Assembly (NCBI GenBank): GCA_025201805.1
Contig: MU619239.1
Location: 72,406-136,405, forward strand
DNA: 64,000 bases
Direction: 5' to 3'
Source: Parasitella parasitica NRRL 2501
Taxonomy: Eukaryota > Fungi > Mucoromycota
In this document: positions 56,234-64,000 of the stretch, in pieces
Layout: each line of letters starts with the position of its first letter
Position numbering within the stretch: the stretch's first letter is position 1
Made by a program: the position numbers and the translations under genes
The notes under the pieces: model-generated
What the model was told of the DNA's origin: nothing
The model's input: only the letters and a program-made list of their open reading frames with translations
Databases searched by the model: none

Positions 56234-59200
56234 TTTCTAATGGTTTTTTTTTTCTTTCTTTCTTATTCTGTGTTCGAGTCAGGTCAATTGGTATATGAGA
56301 AGATGAAAATAACCTTTAAATCATTGAGAAAACCTTGGGTCTTTATATAGGAAAAGAGTTCTTGTCTTGAAAAGGGAATAATAACAACAGATTTTTTTTT
56401 TAGACGTGCAGCTGCTTTTGACTTGAAATAATAACAATAACAATAACAAAAGCTAAATTATTAAATGCATCCATGCTCATTCAACTTTATTATACCTGTT
56501 CGCCTTCTCTCAACATGCCTACATCTCTTTGCTTTTTCAGCTTTTACTTTTCACTTCACTTGATATAAATTGACTACGTCAATATGCAATTATCTATATA
56601 GACTTAGTACTAGAATGATGATCGGCTGCTTAAATTACCACGATGCTGTCATATTACAAACAGCATCATAAAAATTAATTGACGACAAAAAGCCATTTGA
56701 AATGTTTGTTTGTAAAAAGTACAATAAACTCTTCACGATTTGCTATTTTTATGAGGGATTATCTGAATAGTTTGGAGAAACTAAAAATACTTTCTTTGTT
56801 TAAGACTTGTTGACAACAATAAAATTTTATTACTTGTTTTGTAAGCCCAAGTAACACTAAACCGTTAAGCGGAACACTTTCCGCATTTTTAAAAACTGTT
56901 TGTGCGTTTGTCTGCTGTTGCTTATCATGCCTTGGAGCAATAGCATTTCATGTACGTAACTAAAAATAATGCGGGATCATCGTTACTCTTTCAGAAACCC
57001 AAAATATACGCGTGATTCATCTTAGATGATGATGATAATCGCCACCCTTTTTTTCCATCTGGTACTACCATGGCACATAAATTATACTGTTGCTGCCGTC
57101 TTTTTGCGTATAACAATCAGCATGTGTTTTGTGAATGAATGTCTATTTTTACATTACAACATTCAATTGAAAAAAAAAAAATGTTGTCGCTGAAAGCTGT
57201 ACTTGCAAACAAATGAAATATCACAAACGATAATCCTTTAATTAACCACGAATCCGCATTGACTATTTGAAAATATATCCAATTTAAGGCTGACAATGGC
57301 TCTGTTGTGTCACCTTATGGAAGTGTGGTCAATTGCACGCTTTTAATATTATCTTAATATATGAAAAAACAATGAAATTCACATCAACGAGGTAATAAAT
57401 GAGTTTATTGAATGGAATTTAACTTGCAGCTGCTGCAAACAGTAGTACTAAGAACAAGGATATAATGGATTAATCCAGTGTAACAGATTTTCTTTTTCTT
57501 TATTTGGCACATAACAAAAGATGCAAATGTTAAGTTCAACCTGCACATGTTATTTTTTTTATAAACATGTATATCAAGGGGGCGTTTCCTTACTTGCACA
57601 GATCTTTGATCCGTCCAGGGCTTTTTCAGCATATAATTGCGATATGCAACACAAGTAAAGCTTTGGAAATATGGTAGGTAGTTACAGTATAATATGATAC
57701 CTAAAAAACGTCATATTATCAGAAACTGTGTATAAGCACCATGCTTTATAATCGCTGATTTTAGCCATTAAAGGTTGGCATTTCTTTTTTTTTCGTAAAT
57801 AAGAAGTATTGGATGACTTTATGTAGGTGATCACTGACGCATAACCATGATGTTTTATTCCATCCGCATTACTACTCCTGCAAGATTACATATATGGTGC
57901 GCATGATTGTCTGCAAACGTAATATGGCTCTAAATGTCTATGATCACACCTTTTCTTAAAAATTAAGCCCACATGAGCTTAAAACTATGATTTATGTAAT
58001 AGAATTTATTTAACCGACTGTTACTTTAAGCAACACCAAAACTTTCTTGTTCACGAATAATAATGAGTAAGACGGCGTATCTCAATATTACTTTTTTATT
58101 TCCATCTTTTGATTTCCGTGCATATATACCAACACGAATGTAGTTGCTTCGATTTTTTTTCTCATTACTGATCTGCCATAATGTAGGATAGGAGATCATG
58201 ATAATGTACTTCAATTAAAGATTTTAGATTGTTCAATGATGTGTTGTCATACCGTACTTGTCGAAACAGGAGAATAAAGTCTTTGTTTCAAATCAAGAAG
58301 GTTATCTGTAACACAGATCTGTATGATTGACAAACAATAAGGTACTGTCAGATCAAAGATCAATAGCTTTGTAGTATAATAATACATCGTATCCTGTTAA
58401 GCTGCTTGCAAATTATTCTTATCGATTAGTATCGACTAGTATTCTAAATAAGTCACCAAAAACTTATGTAGTTGTAAAAAGTATAAATAGCAGATGCAAA
58501 GTTGAATCTTTAATAAAGTAATCTCAAGTTTTCGTATCTCGTTAATTCAGCGTTTTATTTTACACTTTTCTTATTTCGATCTTGCAGATCTCAACAATTA
58601 CTTGAAAGCTATATCTGTATATTACTTTGTGTATAAAAAACAAGGATCTTTATACAACGTCGTAAAATTGCAGAAATCAGCTTATCAACAACATCCATCG
58701 ACCAACTAAGCATTAACATTAATTTATCATTCACGACATAGCTTTTTCTTATCTTTTCATATAATAAATTAATCAAATATTATCAATTTGATAGCAACAT
58801 CATGCAGCAGGGTTGTTAATCTCAAATACTTTCAATAGTCTTTTTTCATAATAGCAATAACAACTACATTTATATACGGTACAAGCTGTCCTCACTCCAC
58901 CCCCAACTGCAGTGAGTTATCATTATATTTCCAAGTTAGATCTCGGTTCTACGGTTCTTTCAGCAGAGGTTATGAGTTATTAATGAAAAAATTGATAAAA
59001 ATGTTTTCGCCAGGTGGCGCTGTGTTTTCCAAGTTTGGTCGTGGCTCTATGATTCCTTTCTAGACGAAGCGATGACCAAAAAATAAAATAAAAGATCGTC
59101 GTGCTTAACGATAAGGGTTGGAACAACATCAATATTCCTCTATTAGATAATTGTAAACGGCCATATGCATTTTAAATTTTTTCAGCACAGTTGTACGTAA

Positions 59201-60766
59201 TGCTATTGATTTATACGAGTTGATGTTGTGTACACGAATGTATGACTTCGTGATTGACAGCCGACTGTAAAAACCAAGGGATACTATACAATAGGTAAGA
59301 AATAATCTAATATAAGGTACTTGTTCTCTGTAATATAAATATACACTCCCCTCTAATGTACATAGAATTACGAGTGCAGAAATGATCAATTAACTTATAA
59401 ATATGTATATTAAAAAATGTATAATACGACTATTTGCACGCATCATAGCGTTGTTCGTGCACAGTTCGGACGCTTGCCCTTTGGACCATTCTCAATAACA
59501 GTATTCTGAGGACGGCCATAAATAAGAGCCAAAGGTTGCTCAATTGCTTCTCTAGGTTAATAAGAATAGACATGAGTCAATGGTTTCTATGATTTTTTTT
59601 TTTCACACTCTCAAGTCATTTCCTTTGGGATTCAAATGGTCATTGCTAAAGTTGGTAGGAAACTTATTAGGATGGCAGGCCTCAATCAGATACGAACCGC
59701 CATTACAAAAAAATGGGAATCTAATATCTAAGTTTCCGAATTCTATGGCTCTTCCCGCTGATTTCCGTTCAATAATACAAAATTACAAATTTATAAACGA
59801 AGTAGTTTCGGAAACCATCCACCAGCGTGATATACTCACAATTCCAGGTACCATGTTGGTGTGCACTAGAATGTTTCAACAACACTACTTGCTTTCTTGA
59901 ATGAAAGAATATTATAAAAAACCCACTGTTACGAATGAAATAAAAGTAAACTTGAATGAAATTGATAATCTACCTTAAATCAAGTATGAAGGCAAGGCCT
60001 CGACATAAACCTGATAGTAAAGGCCAATCTCTTCACATTCATGTGGGTGAATGTTTCTTGATAGCATAGTATACATACACAATGCAATGCAATGCATGGC
60101 TATCCGATGCCTCACTTTCGTTGGTTACTTTGCATACTACATGACAAGTATATGTCCAAGTCTTGGTTTTCACGTTAGCTACCAAAACAGCAAAACTAAC
60201 AGATATTATTTCATGAATATATTAGCCTAAAATTATGAGACCAACTTGAAAAAGGAAAAACTTGGCCATAGAAATGCAAAGACAACAAATTGTGGACACA
60301 GCAATAAATGAGTGTAACATGAAGAGTGTATTACAGGAACGTGGAGGTGTAATGGCTGATCTTGCGTATAGGGAAGCATTGACCTCAGAAGCCTTGTCGT
60401 TTCGACAGCAAAAGTTGAATATTTTGTTTGTTTGGCAATCATTTCATGAGACCTTAAATTTGCATGAAACGGGGAGGTTAGAAGACGTTACAAAGGATTA
60501 TTAGGTGAGACGCAAGTTTGATTCAGACAATAAGATTCATGAGCGCTCCGAAACTCAGGAAAAGCACAAGTGATTCTTGCGAAAATCAGGAACCCTATTC
60601 TAATCCAATCTCTAATGTCACTTTTTTTTTTTAGGTTTGTGGCGGGGGGGGGGGAGGGGAGATTGCACTCAAAGCCTTCATATATTAAATGTTGAATTGA
60701 TCTTGAAAAACCTTTATCTCTTTCAGCTTTTGAACTTTTATCACTTTCCTTGAACCAACATTTCAA

Positions 60767-61719
60767 ATGAAGGCTACTGTCATTACCTCATTCATTGCCC
60801 TTTTCATCGCTACTGCTGTCGCTCAGACAACTGCTCCGTTTTACTTGACTAGCCCCATCGTTGGCACCTCCTACAAAGCCGGAAGCACGTAAGTCCATGA
60901 CATTGCATTATTGACTTTTGCCAGACGATTTAACAACCATTCGCTTTTGTAGTGTTACTATTAGTAAGTTTGCTTTACAGTTGTGCTTGCCCAAGAGTAT
61001 CACACCTAACATTTGATCATAGCTTGGACCAATGGTGTCGATGAAGCTGCTCAAGTTTCTCTTCTTACGGGCACCAATGCTGCTACCATGACCCCCACCA
61101 GCGACTCTTTCACTATCAAGGGTTCCGATGGAGAGTATGAATGGAAGGTAAAATGCAACGTGCTCCATGGCTAAATCGAGTCAACTCAATGTTGCAACAA
61201 AAGACCTGGTTTTATTAACAAAAAAAAAAAAAAATTAACAGGTGCCTTCTGATCTCCCTCAAAATGCAACCTTTGCATTCAAGATTGATTACACTGACTC
61301 CAATGGTGTTGCGTAAGTAATACAATATCATCAATTGGTGGCACATTCAATTTCACAGCACTAAATCCTAATATTCGACTGTGCACAGCGGCTCTACCTA
61401 CTCTAGCGGTTTCACCATTGCCGGTACCACAGGTGATGTTGTTTCTCAATCATTCATCTCTTCCATTGCCACCGCCGTTTCTACCGCCCCTGCCACTGCT
61501 CTCTCTACCGCGGCTTCAATTGTCTCTGCCAGCAAACCTAGCGCACTTCCTTCCTCATCTGTTCTCGTTAGATCCAGCGCCGCGCCTACTTCTGCCAGTG
61601 CCAGAGCCACTGCATCTGCCTCCACTACTCCTCAAGTTCCTTCCGCTGCCAATGGATCCAAGGCTCCCATTGTTGCCATCTGTGCCATCGCTATGATTGC
61701 CTCAGCCCTCTATTTTTAA
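60767..61719 (+). CDS. Secreted Ser/Thr/Ala-rich GPI-anchored protein (Kre9/Knh1-like N-terminal Ig-like domain), multi-exon
   Basis: Signal peptide, FYLTSP..G..YKAG.TVTITW, YEWKVPSDLP, YSSGFTI, S/T/A linker, hydrophobic GPI signal. Confidence 0.85.
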
Positions 61720-61796
61720 GTACATAATTTACTAGTAAAGTTTAATGTTTATTGCACTTTAAAAAGCCAGGAAAAGAGGAGGGTATATGTATCCAT

Positions 61797-62595
61797 CTAA
61801 AACAGACCATCATTTCTAAATAATTGCATGTACTGGTAACTGGTATGAGCAGTTGTGAATTCGTTATTACTGAGGCCCACTTGCTCATAGTTGTATTCGT
61901 ATTCACAAGATAACTGAGCGGTTGGAGGTACAATTGATTCTACAAATTCTTGAAACAGCTTGCTGGCATTGTTGGGTGTTGTACATGGATGATAATCGAT
62001 CTTTCAAGGCATGAGTAAGCTAGAGATTATACATCTAATCCTCCTTGCACATACCTCTAGCAGCAATCCCTTGTATGTTGATCCCAACAGGATATTTGCT
62101 ACCCTCAATGTGAAATCACCAATTTCGTAGCTTGTCCCCTATCCACATAAATTCAGCCTATTTTCCCCAACCCCCCCCATTGAGATAAAAGCCCGCATTC
62201 TCATTGTTTACCTCGATTGTTACGCTCTGCCTCAACTGCCATAGGTTCTTGAGACGTGAAAGGATGATTTCCATTTCTTTTTCTGCTTCAATGACCACAT
62301 TGCCATCCACCATGCAATACACATGTCCAGGTTGTTGCGCAAGCGATACTTGGTACAGCAGTTTGCTGTCTTTGAGCGCCATTTGTCTGTTGTTTTGGTT
62401 GTTATCGCGTAGTACTTTGAAAGAAAGCGACCAAGGGCCTGTGTTTTTACCGTGCAGTGTTTTAGTAACATGCTCGGCTATGAATGTGAAATCGCGCATG
62501 CCGGTAGCATTTTTCCACCTAACAAGACTGATTCGGCTGTTAGTACGGCAGGTTTGATTCACTCAAATGTGTGGCTACTACCAAGTGACACCCAT
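61797..62595 (-). CDS. MED20: Mediator complex subunit 20
   Basis: MGVTCLVRW, LWQLRQSVTIEG..YEIGDFTLRVAN, YKGLLLE-IDYHPC, HTSYQYMQLF. Confidence 0.85.
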
Positions 62596-63109
62596 TTTGT
62601 AAGATAAAATGTTTCGGGAAGCGAGGAAAGCGCCTGAATGTTGTTCATACAATTATACGGCAGTTGCGCCTCTCAAGTTCCATTAGTGGCTTGGCTTTAC
62701 TCATTCAATGCATTTATCGCATCGAGAATGTCGATATACTTTGACTCAAGATGCATTCGCCACATTTAAGCTATCAGACATGGCACATATGCATTCAATG
62801 TCGGATTATTGTTGAAAAATGTTCGAGATTAGCATAAAAATCAAACAATAAAATACCTTTTTACAGTTGTCTGTTGGTGATTTACATGAAAAAAAAGGAA
62901 ATTGAAGATGTGCTGCATGGCTGCTACATATCAATACATGCAGCATGTGTTTTGAAAAGACCATGGCGTCTAAAAATTCTCCATAAAGACAACTGCTTTG
63001 TCTAAAAACTAGGCACTTTCAACATGTTGTCACAAAAAAAATCGTGTATCACAAATATAAGACACAGGAAAAAAAAGTTTATTCATTGCTTCCTCTTGTC
63101 GGTACCAAT

Positions 63110-64000
63110 ATGGGAAACTCACTCTCAAGAAGCTCTAATCAGGATAAAGGCACAAAAAGAGCTCTTGAATCCGAGGATTTATTTGAAAACCTTAAAAAAA
63201 AAGGCCGTTTTGAAGATGAGCCCACAATTGCCATCAAGGAAAGCGACGTGGGAATAGTTGCTTATGTCAATCCTCACTTGAAAGGTTTTCATAGCATATT
63301 GAAATTCAGGTAAGCTTTTGCTAGGAGGCAGGAAAGCAGTGTGCCTGACGATCTGTAGAGCTGAGGATTTTCTTGTAAATGAAGTTGACATGGACAGGAA
63401 TATTGTTCACCTTACGTCTCTGGAACCCCCAAACACCAGAACCAAGGTAAATGCTTAATACCGAAATGTATTCTTGTTGCAGAAAATTAAACAACTATCA
63501 GGAAATCAAGCAAGATTACTACCCATCTAATGTGTTTGACAAACATGTTGCTGAAATCTTGAACACCGAGTTTGCTCAGCAATTCCGCCATTTCCTCGAG
63601 CATCCTGAAGTGGAAGATGCTGTTCTTACGATTAAAGTATGTTCAGTCCAGTATTGATGCAGAAATAGTGATTGATTGATTGTTCATAGACTGACAAGGA
63701 CCAACGCATAATGTTTTATAATTTGGTTGAGAAACATTTAAAGGCCAAAGTCAACTGCCGTGGCAAAGACGGAAATCTGGTCATAAGATGGCCTTCAACT
63801 GTGCATAACGATGGTAACTTGACAGTGACAAGTGTATGCCACGAAGCACAGAACTGAACTTTTGAATGCCGTTCTATAGAATACATTGATTGGAAAGCTC
63901 TTGGTGGCGACTATTTGCAAGTCAGTATGTACAAAGCTAGCATCGATACCATGAATGCCATCAATATCATCTCCAAAAAAACTTCGTAAGTTGGTTCTCC
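63110..64000 (+). CDS. PUS7: TruD-family pseudouridine synthase, 5' part (runs off the window)
   Basis: ESDVGIVAYVN...GFHSILKFR-.EDFLVNEVD, then GGDYLQVSMYKASIDTMNAI. Confidence 0.85.

Overview
Eukaryotic, intron-rich fungal DNA. The short GT-AG introns (mostly 50-70 nt), AT-rich intergenic DNA and gene content point to Mucorales (Mucoromycota). About 30 protein genes are present, mostly housekeeping: KEX2, RFC5, KEI1, SAH1, RPS18, COX24/mS38, bL33m, GH47 mannosidase, PMR1, LARP1, DPH7, ETF-beta, FCF2, RraA/HMG aldolase, MED20 and PUS7 (partial). There are also two transcription factors, two SDRs, an ER-type UGT, a tetraspanin, a GPI-anchored protein and several proteins with unusual architectures. 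The ORF track misses the standout feature: a decayed, intron-containing Fanzor1 (eukaryotic TnpB-like RNA-guided nuclease) on the minus strand at ~28.2-29.55 kb. It has recognisable RuvC-I and RuvC-III motifs, lacks RuvC-II, and has hairpins downstream where the omega-RNA would lie. Other points of interest are a UBA-UBX-BC-box-LRR fusion, a derlin/rhomboid-like plus glycosyltransferase fusion, an animal-type GPI-phospholipase D, a HAX1-like protein, a tightly linked UGT-SDR pair, several micro-exons and a GC-AG intron. All calls come from manual translation and motif recognition; no database searches were run. CDS coordinates are gene spans including introns.
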